From: an uncultured Lachnospiraceae bacterium
Lineage (GTDB): Bacteria > Bacillota > Clostridia > Lachnospirales > Lachnospiraceae
Direction: 5' to 3'
DNA length: 64,000 nt
NCBI GenBank assembly: GCA_937965795.1
Contig: CALCMD010000101.1
Coordinates: 10,942 to 74,941 of the forward strand
Shown here: one piece after another, positions 8,990 to 18,800 of the stretch
Position numbering within the stretch: the stretch's first letter is position 1
How the letters are laid out: each line of letters opens with the position of its first letter
Made by a program: the position numbers and the translations under genes
The notes under the pieces: model-generated
What the model was told of the DNA's origin: nothing
The model's input: the letters and a program-made list of their open reading frames with translations, nothing else
Database searches by the model: none

Positions 8990-11848
8990 CTATTTTACTT
9001 TTACTTTTACTGTTTTCTTAACGCCATTGCATGTCACCGTAATCTTACAGCTTCCTGCCTTCACGCCCTTGATGACGCCTTTTGCGGTGACAGAAGCAAC
9101 CTTCTTATTACTGCTCTTGTAAGTGATCTTTCCGGTCGGTACTGCTTTTACTTTGATCTTCGACTTCTTGCCTTTTTTAATCGTAACAGATTTCTTTCCG
9201 GAAATTTTCAGCGTCGGTTTCTTAACTGTAATCGTACAGGTCGCTTTGTAAGAACCGGCAGACGCCGTAATGACAGTCTTTCCAGCCTTCTTCGCCGTTA
9301 CCTTTCCATCCTTCACAACCGCTACCTTTGTGTTGGAGGAATTCCACGTTACGGAACCGCTCACTCCAGTTGCTTTCAGCGTCACAGTTTTCTTGCCTTT
9401 GGTATAGATCGTAGCGCTCGTCCTGTCAAGACTCAGAGACCCGCTCTGCGCTTTTTGCAGCCCCTTGACTGCCGCTCCCAGTTTCAACATCGCTATGTCA
9501 ACAGCCGCTTTTGTGCTCTTGCTGTTGTTCAGGACCGCTTCTGCTTCCTGAATCACCTTCTGGAGACGGTTCCAGCTTTCTGCTGTATAATCAGCCGCTT
9601 TATAGGATGCCTTAATCTCCGCAAGTTTTGCTTCCAGGTTTCCTTTGCCTGTAGTATCCGGTATGATTTCTGTTCCCGCTGTCTTGAACGTGAACGTCTG
9701 CTCTGCGGATGCAACGCCCTTCACATCATATGCAACCACGCTCACGGTGTATTCCGTTCCTGCTTTCAGTCCTGTCAGCTCTGCGGACGTCTGCTTTCCT
9801 GCATCTACCAGAACCTTCGTACCGTCCATAACCCGGTAGCCTGCAATTCCAACCATCGGATCAAGTACTTCTGCCCAACTGATCGTTGCCGAAGTCTCAG
9901 ATACTTCTTTTGTCTCTACTTTCTGCGGCGCTGCCGGAGCTCCTTCTCCCTGACCCGGCTGATACTGATGCGCGCCGATGTCAAATGTGGTCACTGCTGT
10001 AATGTCATTTCCAAAGAAGTCCTTCGTACATGCCTCCTCTTCGCGTCTGTTGTTCTGATCTACGACCACTTTTCCTTTGCCGATTGCCGGTGAATTTGCA
10101 GCCAGCTTATAACCGTCAAACGGGCTTCTCACATTCGGATCGTCATGACGGGCTGCCACGCTGTTGGCCGTTGTCGGCGCCGTACCCACCGCCTGGAAAA
10201 TCTGAGCCGCATCTTTCGCAATCACTACGGCTGCCGTATCTTCCGCCGGCGCGCCTGTATAGTTATAATACAGATTGTTGCTGTAATGCTGTTTTGCCGC
10301 ATTCTTCTGCCACATTTCCGCTCTTGGAGATGCTCCTTCATAGTAGATAATATTGTTCTCTACCAGCATATTTCCCTGTCCCTGACGATTTGCCATACGG
10401 ATGAACGGCTGGCCTTCCGGAATGATGAATACGTTGTTATATACGTGTGCGTCACGGTTGTTCGTAATGTCCATCATACCCTTTAAGTCGCCCTGGCTGA
10501 TGTTATAACGGAAGGTATTCCGGTAAGACTGATTCAGACAGAACATCACGCATCCGCCGCCATTGTTATGGCTGTAATTGTACTGGTAAATCGTACCGTC
10601 ACCAGAGTCGGCATCCCATGCCTGTGCATCGTCATTCCCCCGGTCGGCACACTGCATATCATAACACTCATTATACTGGAAAAGTGCGTCCTTACATGCC
10701 CACGGCCAGATACCCGCCGCCACACGTCCGCCACGGCTGTTCGGTATCGTTCCATTGTTTGTGGTCGGATAAGAGGTCGCATCTGCCCTGAGATTTACAT
10801 AATCTGTCGTGTTAATCTGTTTTGCGCAGCCATCCGCCACATTATATTCCGCTACCGGACGATGGCAATACATGAATGTGATTGCATCGCCTCCTGCATC
10901 TTTGACAAAGTTGTTGCGGACAAGCACATTCGTAGAACACCATCTCTCTGCATCCTCATCCGGAATGATGTATCCGGTTCCACCCTGAAGAAAATGCTTC
11001 CAGAATGCTGTATAGCCCACTGCAATTCCCCAGCGGTTCACGTTCTCCACCGTACAGTTCTCGATACGCAGATCGTCATATTTCGGAATTCCAAGTCCTG
11101 ATTCTGTTTTCTCAAGCCCTGTCTCCGCATCTACCACCGGCACTCCGTTTTCCACAATCAGATCGGTCGGATACGCCACCGTAAAGTAGATTCCGCCATT
11201 GTCCATATGCTTATTATAAACATTTCCGATGACGTCATGGATGTACAGGCCGTTCAGATAAATATGCTCCAAAGCTCCCTTGTTCTGTGCAACGCCCGCC
11301 ACACCGGTACGGTCCATCACGCTGGCCGCATTATAGGCCGTTTCGATTGCCGGCGCTTTATTTACGATCTCCAGATTATTGATCTCGATATATTCCGTAT
11401 CGTACAACAGGATGGAAGAAGATACATAGCCCTGATGAACGTGCGCCTGATTATCCAACTGGTTTCCATAATTCTGATACCACACACCCTGACCATTCGT
11501 GTCAATGATCGGCTTTGCGCCTCCGCCGTACTGATCGATAACGATCGGCGCTTCCGCGCTTCCACTCTGTCCGCGCAGATGCAGATAACCGTCCGTAAAT
11601 ACAGAACCGCTCTCCAGAAGAATTCGGTCTCCCGGCTGTAATGTTAAGTCATTAATCTTCTGAAGGCTGTAAAACGGCGTCGCCTCCGACCTTCCGTCAT
11701 TGCGGTCGCTTCCGTGGATGGAGCTAACATAAAAGGTACGTCCCTCCCACGTGTCTGCCGCTTCTGCTTTCGTGCCCGCTGCCGGAAGGAGCACAGAGCA
11801 AAACATAGCTGCCGCAGTTATTATTGCCAATATTCTTTTTCTCATCAT
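8990..11848 (-). CDS. Secreted GH136-like protein with FN3, FIVAR and Big_2 tail; paralog 2
   Basis: Start at MMRKRILAII (RBS AGGAGGAG); NKHMDNGGIYF, GGRVAAGIWPWACK, DDAQAWDADS. Confidence 0.85.
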   Translation of the reverse strand: MMRKRILAIITAAAMFCSVLLPAAGTKAEAADTWEGRTFYVSSIHGSDRNDGRSEATPFYSLQKINDLTLQPGDRILLESGSVFTDGYLHLRGQSGSAEAPIVIDQYGGGAKPIIDTNGQGVWYQNYGNQLDNQAHVHQGYVSSSILLYDTEYIEINNLEIVNKAPAIETAYNAASVMDRTGVAGVAQNKGALEHIYLNGLYIHDVIGNVYNKHMDNGGIYFTVAYPTDLIVENGVPVVDAETGLEKTESGLGIPKYDDLRIENCTVENVNRWGIAVGYTAFWKHFLQGGTGYIIPDEDAERWCSTNVLVRNNFVKDAGGDAITFMYCHRPVAEYNVADGCAKQINTTDYVNLRADATSYPTTNNGTIPNSRGGRVAAGIWPWACKDALFQYNECYDMQCADRGNDDAQAWDADSGDGTIYQYNYSHNNGGGCVMFCLNQSYRNTFRYNISQGDLKGMMDITNNRDAHVYNNVFIIPEGQPFIRMANRQGQGNMLVENNIIYYEGASPRAEMWQKNAAKQHYSNNLYYNYTGAPAEDTAAVVIAKDAAQIFQAVGTAPTTANSVAARHDDPNVRSPFDGYKLAANSPAIGKGKVVVDQNNRREEEACTKDFFGNDITAVTTFDIGAHQYQPGQGEGAPAAPQKVETKEVSETSATISWAEVLDPMVGIAGYRVMDGTKVLVDAGKQTSAELTGLKAGTEYTVSVVAYDVKGVASAEQTFTFKTAGTEIIPDTTGKGNLEAKLAEIKASYKAADYTAESWNRLQKVIQEAEAVLNNSKSTKAAVDIAMLKLGAAVKGLQKAQSGSLSLDRTSATIYTKGKKTVTLKATGVSGSVTWNSSNTKVAVVKDGKVTAKKAGKTVITASAGSYKATCTITVKKPTLKISGKKSVTIKKGKKSKIKVKAVPTGKITYKSSNKKVASVTAKGVIKGVKAGSCKITVTCNGVKKTVKVKVK

Positions 11849-11861
11849 CGCTCTCTCCTCC

Positions 11862-13580
11862 TTACTGCTGTGCCTCATGGGCTCCAATGTCCGGTGTAGC
11901 GCCGATTGCATTGCCAAAGAAGTCTCTGTCCGTGCCGCCCGTGATCGGTGTTCCTGCATTGATTGCCGGCGATCCTGCCTGAAGTTTATATCCCTCAAAT
12001 GCACTCCTTTCATGAATGCTTCCGCCTGCGTTCGCTTCTGTCGGTCCTGTACCCGGATCTACGAATTTCGGATCGGATGTGATCGCTCCCGTCGGAAGAG
12101 TCACGCCGTTGTATCCATAGAAGATATTGTTTGCAAAGGTGCGGTTTGCCTGCACAATGGTTTCTCCTGATGCTTTACTCGTGCTGACATTGTAGAAAAT
12201 ATTGTTTTTCAGGTTGGCTTTTCCGCTTCCCTCAAATATTTTCGTGCTCAGATTTTTCCCTATATAAAATACATTGTTATAAATCTCTCCATTCGGATTC
12301 GTTGCCAGATGAATCAGGTTTCTTAAATCATTCTGGCTGATGTTGTAGCGGAATACGCCGTTGTATGCCTCCTGGAGACAGATCATCAGACATCCGCCGC
12401 CATTGTTATGGCTGTAATTGTACTGATAAATGGTTCCGTCAGAATAATCAATATCCCATGCCTGGCCATCCTGATTTCCGTCACCCACCGTATCAAATAC
12501 CTCATTATACTGGAATACGGCGTCCTTACATTTCCACGGCCATACGCCTGCACAGAGATGCTGCCAGTAGGACTCATATTTTGCCAGATCCGCACCAGCT
12601 CTGTCCGCTACGTTGTTCTGTACCAGCGGCTGATAAGAATACATCGCCACGATTGCGTCATTTCCTGCGTTCTGTACGTAATTGCCTTCGATTAAAACGT
12701 TTGTATGACCATAAGTCTGCGCATTCTCATCAGAAATCGCAGCTCCATTAAATTTTGCATGCTGGTAAGTATACCCTACGCAAATGCCTGCTCTTGACAC
12801 ATCTTTGACATAACAGTTTGTAACTGAAATATCATCATACCGGGCCACACCGGTCGCCGCTTCATTTTCCGGCGGCAGTACATTCATCTGAATTCCACCG
12901 TTATTCATGTGCTTATCTTCAATATTTCCGTCTACATCATGAATATAAAGATTATTCAGGTAGACATGCTGCATCGTGCCGCCGTCCTTTGCGATACCTG
13001 CCACGCCGGTACGGTCGATACGTCCGCTGGTTTCCGGCACGTTCTTATTTGGCAGCGCGCTCTTAAAATAAGTAAAATCATCCGATTCATTCGTAATCTC
13101 CAGATTCTCAACTTCCACGAAATCTACGTCGTAAAGAAGGATTGTCGAAGATACATACCCTTTGTTCCTGTGATTCTGGTTATCTACCTGTCCTTTATAA
13201 TCCTGATACCAGATTCCCTGCGAATTTCCGTTGATGACCGGTCTGCCTGCTGTCTCTGAACCATAGCAGCCAATCTTAATCGGCGCATCCTCCGTCCCGT
13301 GGACATCCTGAAGGTGGATGTATCCGTTAAATACCGATCCTCTCTCCAAAAGTACCTGATCTCCCGGCTGTAGCTTTACCTTTTTCAGCTTGTCCAGTGT
13401 CTCCCATGCCGTCTTTTCTGATGTTCCGTCCTGGGAGTTGTTTCCATGCGTACTGCTGATGTAATAAACTGTGCCGCTTCCGGCCGCACATACAGTATTC
13501 ACCTGAGAAACCGGCAGATAATTCTGGCTCGTTCCCATAACAGCCAGTCCGCATAAAAATGCCAATGCTCTCTTTTTCAT
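11862..13580 (-). CDS. Secreted GH136-like protein, catalytic beta-helix only; paralog 1
   Basis: Signal peptide; KHMNNGGIQM, GVWPWKCK, DGQAWDIDY; ends at PDIGAHE with no accessory domains. Confidence 0.83.
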   Translation of the reverse strand: MKKRALAFLCGLAVMGTSQNYLPVSQVNTVCAAGSGTVYYISSTHGNNSQDGTSEKTAWETLDKLKKVKLQPGDQVLLERGSVFNGYIHLQDVHGTEDAPIKIGCYGSETAGRPVINGNSQGIWYQDYKGQVDNQNHRNKGYVSSTILLYDVDFVEVENLEITNESDDFTYFKSALPNKNVPETSGRIDRTGVAGIAKDGGTMQHVYLNNLYIHDVDGNIEDKHMNNGGIQMNVLPPENEAATGVARYDDISVTNCYVKDVSRAGICVGYTYQHAKFNGAAISDENAQTYGHTNVLIEGNYVQNAGNDAIVAMYSYQPLVQNNVADRAGADLAKYESYWQHLCAGVWPWKCKDAVFQYNEVFDTVGDGNQDGQAWDIDYSDGTIYQYNYSHNNGGGCLMICLQEAYNGVFRYNISQNDLRNLIHLATNPNGEIYNNVFYIGKNLSTKIFEGSGKANLKNNIFYNVSTSKASGETIVQANRTFANNIFYGYNGVTLPTGAITSDPKFVDPGTGPTEANAGGSIHERSAFEGYKLQAGSPAINAGTPITGGTDRDFFGNAIGATPDIGAHEAQQ

Positions 13581-13598
13581 TGTTTTGCCCCTTTCGTT

Positions 13599-14651
13599 TT
13601 AATTGTTTATATTCTTTTTTGTAAAAAAGTATATACGTTCCTTATCACATTCAACGCTCATGTCCGCCGCACGTTTGGCAACAATTTCATCGTAATGTTC
13701 TTCTCTCAGCGTTTTATTGATGTGATCCTTGACTTCTTCAACGGGCGTCGCCTCATTGGCCGTCCGTTCGGTACACTCGATCAGATAAAGGCACCCATAC
13801 TCGTCAAGCACTCCTGTACTCTCCCCGGCTTTCAGTTCATAGCCGTAATCCACAATGTCACTGATCGTCCTTGCATACTCCCGGAGATTTTCTTCCGTGA
13901 CGTCTGCATGCGCCAGATAAGGCGAAAGCTTTTTGTCTGCTGCTGCAAGCTCTGCCAGGGAATGTTCTTTGTCCGTTTTTTTGTATAATTCTGTCATGCG
14001 GCTTTTGAATTCTTCCACCTCTTCCTCACTCATTCCTTCATTTTCATAAGGAATCATGATGTAGTCCAGCATAAGGTCATCTTCCTGCTGATAAGAAGCT
14101 TCATGCTCTTTATAATATGCTTCCCGCTCCTCATCGCTGATGTCCATTCCCTCATTCTCTTCCTCTTCGCAGTATCTTTTCTGAATGGTATCCATTTCAT
14201 ATTCCCGGTAAAGCTCCAGAGTATATTCCGAAAGCCCATAGACGACTTCGCCATTTGCAATCTTCTCTTTGCGGAGCTGGTTTTCTTCCTGCCACCGCTT
14301 TACCAGCGACTCATAGCTCTCATCCGAAACATATCCTTTTTCCACAGCCAGGCTGTAGACGGCATGTATGTACTTAAGCTGTTCCAGGGCTTCGTCCGCC
14401 AGCATTTCATAAGGCAGGGTTCCGTCCACCTCTCTCTCCCAGAAATCCGCATCCATTCCTGCGGCCGTTTTCCCGGAAATACTGCTGATCACTTCATATT
14501 TCTTCTGCGCCATCGCATCGAGAAATTCCTCTTTGTCAATTTTGGTTCCATTTATCGTCAGAGAAAATTGATTCCTATACACAAAAAAAACGGCAGAAGC
14601 AAGTATCGCTACTAACACGATTGTAATAATTATACAGATTTTTTTCTTCAT
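13599..14651 (-). CDS. Membrane-anchored LnbY/GH136-I-like partner (SurA/PrsA-like chaperone fold)
   Basis: N-terminal TM anchor; LTINGTKIDKEEF, FWEREVDG, ENQLRKEKIANGEVVYGL; C-terminal parvulin-like remnant (LKAGESTGVL...LYLIEC); first gene of the GH136 run. Confidence 0.7.
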   Translation of the reverse strand: MKKKICIIITIVLVAILASAVFFVYRNQFSLTINGTKIDKEEFLDAMAQKKYEVISSISGKTAAGMDADFWEREVDGTLPYEMLADEALEQLKYIHAVYSLAVEKGYVSDESYESLVKRWQEENQLRKEKIANGEVVYGLSEYTLELYREYEMDTIQKRYCEEEENEGMDISDEEREAYYKEHEASYQQEDDLMLDYIMIPYENEGMSEEEVEEFKSRMTELYKKTDKEHSLAELAAADKKLSPYLAHADVTEENLREYARTISDIVDYGYELKAGESTGVLDEYGCLYLIECTERTANEATPVEEVKDHINKTLREEHYDEIVAKRAADMSVECDKERIYFFTKKNINN

Positions 14652-14706
14652 TTATACTTCTCCTATTCACTTTGTACAATAATAACATTGACTTTCTTTC
14701 TTTTTC

Positions 14707-14773
14707 ATTATATCATTTTGTTAGTTTCTTTTCTTGTTAAAAGCAGTCCACTTTATCCCATTTTTTATATAAT
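14707..14773. promoter_or_regulatory. Divergent promoter region for the GH136 operon and araC
   Basis: Extended -10 TGATATAAT on the minus strand (14707-14715) and TATAAT on the plus strand (14768-14773); no clear -35, consistent with activator dependence. Confidence 0.5.
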
Positions 14774-14799
14774 TCGGAACTGAAAGGAGAAATTCCCCA

Positions 14800-15741
14800 A
14801 TGAATACACTTTTATATGCGAAATCCGCCAACTTTTCTGGAAGTGATACGCTTTTTCTCGGCGCACAGACCATCATCAGTGCGACGAACCAGATACGGGA
14901 GCACCGTTACACCTTTGCAAAACACATCCACCAGTCCATCGAGATCTATCTCATCACCTCCGGCTGCTGCTGTATGGATATCACAAACCAGAAAATCGCC
15001 TGCAAAACGGGAGATTTCGTGCTGATTCCGCCGAACACTGTGCATTCTTTCTATCTGGAAACAGAGGACGCCTGCACGTTTCGTCATATCCACTTTGATC
15101 CCTCCCTGTTTTCCCGCTGGTATTTGAATCAGGCGGAGCCTTATCCTCTGGACCTTCTTACTGCGCTGATTTTCTCCTGTACCTCCCACTTTCATCTGCC
15201 CGTGGACGATACTCTCTCTCTGCTGATTTCCAAAATCATTCAACAGACAGAGAAAGGCGGACTCTCAAACGCCGCTCTCTCCACGCTGCACGTGGCGGAG
15301 CTTATGCTCCATCTGATCAATCTGGCCAACCTCGATCTGTCTCTGATGACAGACAGCAACAGCCGCACCCCAGAATATATCCGGTATGTTTCCTACACAC
15401 TTTCCTATATTCACGAAAATTATACCGAAAAAATTCTGACTCAGGATATTGCGGATCATTTAAATATCTCCTCCCGTTACCTGAGCAAGCTTTTCTCTCA
15501 GCATATGAATCTGACTATCCTGAATTACATTAATATTTACCGCATCAATCAGGCCATTGAACTAATGACGGACCCAAGCCTGAGTCTGACCAGTATCGCA
15601 TCCCAGGTCGGGCTGAAAGACTCCCAGCATTTTTCCAAGCTTTTTCGCAGCATCATCGGGCTTACGCCAAACCGTTACCGGAAGCTTCTGCTTCACGATA
15701 TGTCAGAAGCTCATGCACTCTCCCGCATATCCAGAAAATAA
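14800..15741 (+). CDS. AraC-family transcriptional regulator with cupin sensor domain
   Basis: HIHQSIEIYLITSG cupin; C-terminal double HTH (IADHLNISSRYLSKLF...IASQVGLKDSQHFSKLFRSIIGLTPNRYR). Confidence 0.95.
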   Translation: MNTLLYAKSANFSGSDTLFLGAQTIISATNQIREHRYTFAKHIHQSIEIYLITSGCCCMDITNQKIACKTGDFVLIPPNTVHSFYLETEDACTFRHIHFDPSLFSRWYLNQAEPYPLDLLTALIFSCTSHFHLPVDDTLSLLISKIIQQTEKGGLSNAALSTLHVAELMLHLINLANLDLSLMTDSNSRTPEYIRYVSYTLSYIHENYTEKILTQDIADHLNISSRYLSKLFSQHMNLTILNYINIYRINQAIELMTDPSLSLTSIASQVGLKDSQHFSKLFRSIIGLTPNRYRKLLLHDMSEAHALSRISRK

Positions 15742-15745
15742 AAAG

Positions 15746-15788
15746 GAAAGCATCTGTAAAATGTGGAAAACATTTTACGGATGCTTTC
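15746..15788. terminator. Likely bidirectional terminator between convergent araC and GH89
   Basis: GAAAGCATCTGTAAAATGT / ACATTTTACGGATGCTTTC inverted repeat. Confidence 0.75.
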
Positions 15789-15802
15789 ATACTTTCTATT
15801 TC

Positions 15803-18800
15803 TTATTTTTTCACGATTTTCACACTTTTTCCTGTCTTTGCTTTCCGGAAAAGCTTTGTATATGCCTTGTATTTCTTCTTCGGCACAGTGATTTTCGCTT
15901 TCACAGAAATTCCTTTGAACGCCTGTTTTCCAACGCTCTTCAAAACTGTGGATTTTACGGTTACTTTTTTCAGCTTCTTACAATTCCAGAATGCCTGCTT
16001 TCCAATCTTCTTTACATTCTTTCCAATCACTACCTGCGTCAGCTTTGTACACTTTTGAAATGCTTTTGGAGCGATTTCCGTCACCTTGTAAGAGTATCCG
16101 CTGATTTTTACCGCCTCCGGAATCGTGATTTTTTTGGCTTTTTTATTGATTACCTTTTGAACGGTTACCGTTTTTGTGGATGCCGTGACCTTAAACCTCA
16201 ACGTCTTTGTTTGATAAAAGGCCGGAATAGTGTTTTCTACAGGAATGATCGGTTTATCTTTCCCGCCTGATTCGATTGGCTTCTTGGGCGGCTCTGCTTT
16301 TACCAGCGCAAGGGACGCCTGCTCCAGCTTTGTCCTTGCCGCCAGAACTGCCGCTTTATCCGCATTTTCGTCTGTCAGAATTGCCTGCGCCTGAGCAAGC
16401 GCGTCTGCATATTTCTTCCAGCTCTCCGGCGTATAATCCTTTTCCGCTTTCCCCTCCAGTGTCTTAAGATATGCCGCCAAATCGTCTTTCGCCGCAGTAA
16501 CTGCCGGCACCAGAGCCGTAAAGGCATTCTCCAGTTTGTCCTTCGCCGCCAGAACTTCTGCGGCCTGGACATTTGCATTTTTCAGAACATCCCTTACCTC
16601 CTGCAATGCTTCCGCATAAACAGCCCAGCTCTGTGCGCTGTAGGCATTTTCGCCTTCTTCGCCCTTTTCAAAGAGAAGATTCCACAGCTCTTCTTTCGCT
16701 TCCTCCACTTCATTGGACGGATTGGAAACGCCCTTATTTAAGACGTCCATACCCAATACCCACAGATCTGTTCCTGACGCCTCTGTCGTATATTCGGTAT
16801 TTGCTCTCGCCCACGCATATTCAAACTCAAACCAGTTGATACCGGAAGGGCTCGTTCCGGCAATCACTTCCTTCTGATAGGCAATCCACATGCTCCACCG
16901 CTCTTTATAGTAATCCCTCGTAAGTCCTGCCCACTGACGGTTTGAATAATCTTTCAGGCCGCCCGATTGACACTGGTTATAAGCGCCCCAGGTCGTAATC
17001 AGCGATTTCGCATTGAACTCATACAGGTCTTTCGAAAAATCATCCGTTCCATCCGCCAGCGCTTTCGCCTGTTCCACCCATGTACCGAGGAGAAACTCTT
17101 TTCTTGCGCCCAGAACCTTCTCCACTTTATCGATCAGGGCGAGGAACTTATCAGAAGCCGCTGTAAACTGTTCCAGGTTCCTTGCATTCAGAGCGCTTAC
17201 CATATCACGATGAAGGCTCTGCGACTGATTGGAAAGCACCTGTTTCAGAATATCGGCCACATCATACAGATAACCGTCGCTGTCTTTTAAAATATCGTAG
17301 TCCTCCAGAAGAAGCTCTGCCGCTCTCTCCAGTTCGGACATATCGTAACTGATGACTGCATTTCCCCAGGTAGACGCCGCATTAATGCTCGTATTCGGTC
17401 TTGCATTAATATAGGACTCCGGCGCTCCCTGTCCGAGGTTGTTCAAAGACGCCTTATATACGGTATTCTCCAGAATCCGCATCGCCTGGTACGCATTCTC
17501 ACTCTCCGCGCCATAACGTCTCGTCACATAATCACGCAGCCATGTCTCCGTGTTGATCTGTGTCAGCGGCTGGCTGGCATCATCACACCATACTGTCTCA
17601 AACAGAAGGTCATATAGTACCGGGTTGTTCTGCGAACCTTCCGGCGTGATACCAATACCGGTCAGTTTCTCTGCTGTGTTCGCCGCCGTCACCACTCCGC
17701 TGACAATGTTATCCATATGTCCGTGCAGACCCATACGTCCGCCGAAGTTATTCAGCATACAGTAAACCCACGGCGTGCTCTGGAATTCTCTTCCTCCGGA
17801 GTATCTGGAATCGCTCCAGTGCGGCGTTTTCTCCGCATACAGGTCCAGAATCAGCGCATGTTCTTTTCTTCCTGCCAGGCCGTTCACCAGCGCCGCAGAC
17901 GGATTTCCCTGCCATGCCTGAATCACCCATACGGCATTTGCATCAAAATCAATCATGGCGTCCAGTACGTTCGAGCTGATTTCCGTCACATTCATACCGC
18001 CTGTATTTCCGCCCTCATGGAACGGATCTGTCGCATAGTAATCCGTCACGTCGCCATATACGTTTTTCTGGCATTCATAGAACAGCGCCGCATACTTTTT
18101 ATACGCGTCAGAAGTCGTTCTCAGCATGTAGGGGCGCTGGAAAGAACACCAGTTTCCCTGTGCGATCACATCGCTGCTGCTAAGAGCATACTGCCCTGTT
18201 CCTCTGCTCGCAATATCTACAGGAACCATACCGCTGTAACCCTGCAAGATCGGCTGCATACCAAGCCTGCGCATAATGAGCTGATTCTTTCGTGCCAGCT
18301 CTGTTCTTTTCGTAAACCAGGAATCATGCACCGGGCCGCCGTAGCCGGACAGATTCGCCATATATGCCCATGCGTAATAAGCCGGGCCTGCAATATAATC
18401 CTTTGCCTCCTCATGGCTGTAACCCAATGCTCCCAGGAATTCTCTCCATACCTCTTCCTGCCCGGTAATGTCGAGAACCAGATTCACTCCATTTAAAGCC
18501 AGCCAGTCAAGCTCTTTTCTCCACTCGTTTTCACCCCAGAACGGCATAGAGTAGGACATGGTACAATAGTTATAGGCGTAACGCACCGGAACCTTGCACT
18601 CTTTATGTATTTTCGCTCCTACCGAAACGATTCCCTCCGGCATTTTTACCTGATTGCCCACCTGTGTGATGGACACGTTACAGAAATATTTCAGATAATA
18701 ATTCAGACCGGAAGCCAGAGAAACACCGTCATTTCCGGTAATGAGAATCCTTCCATCCGAAGTATCCTCAATCTCATAATAATCGTAATCCCCTTCTGCT

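Noticed and set aside
540..13580. Diversity-generating retroelement or shufflon behind the repeated GH136 segments
   Set aside because: No reverse transcriptase or recombinase is present; differences are mostly synonymous and not adenine-specific, and all copies are full genes.
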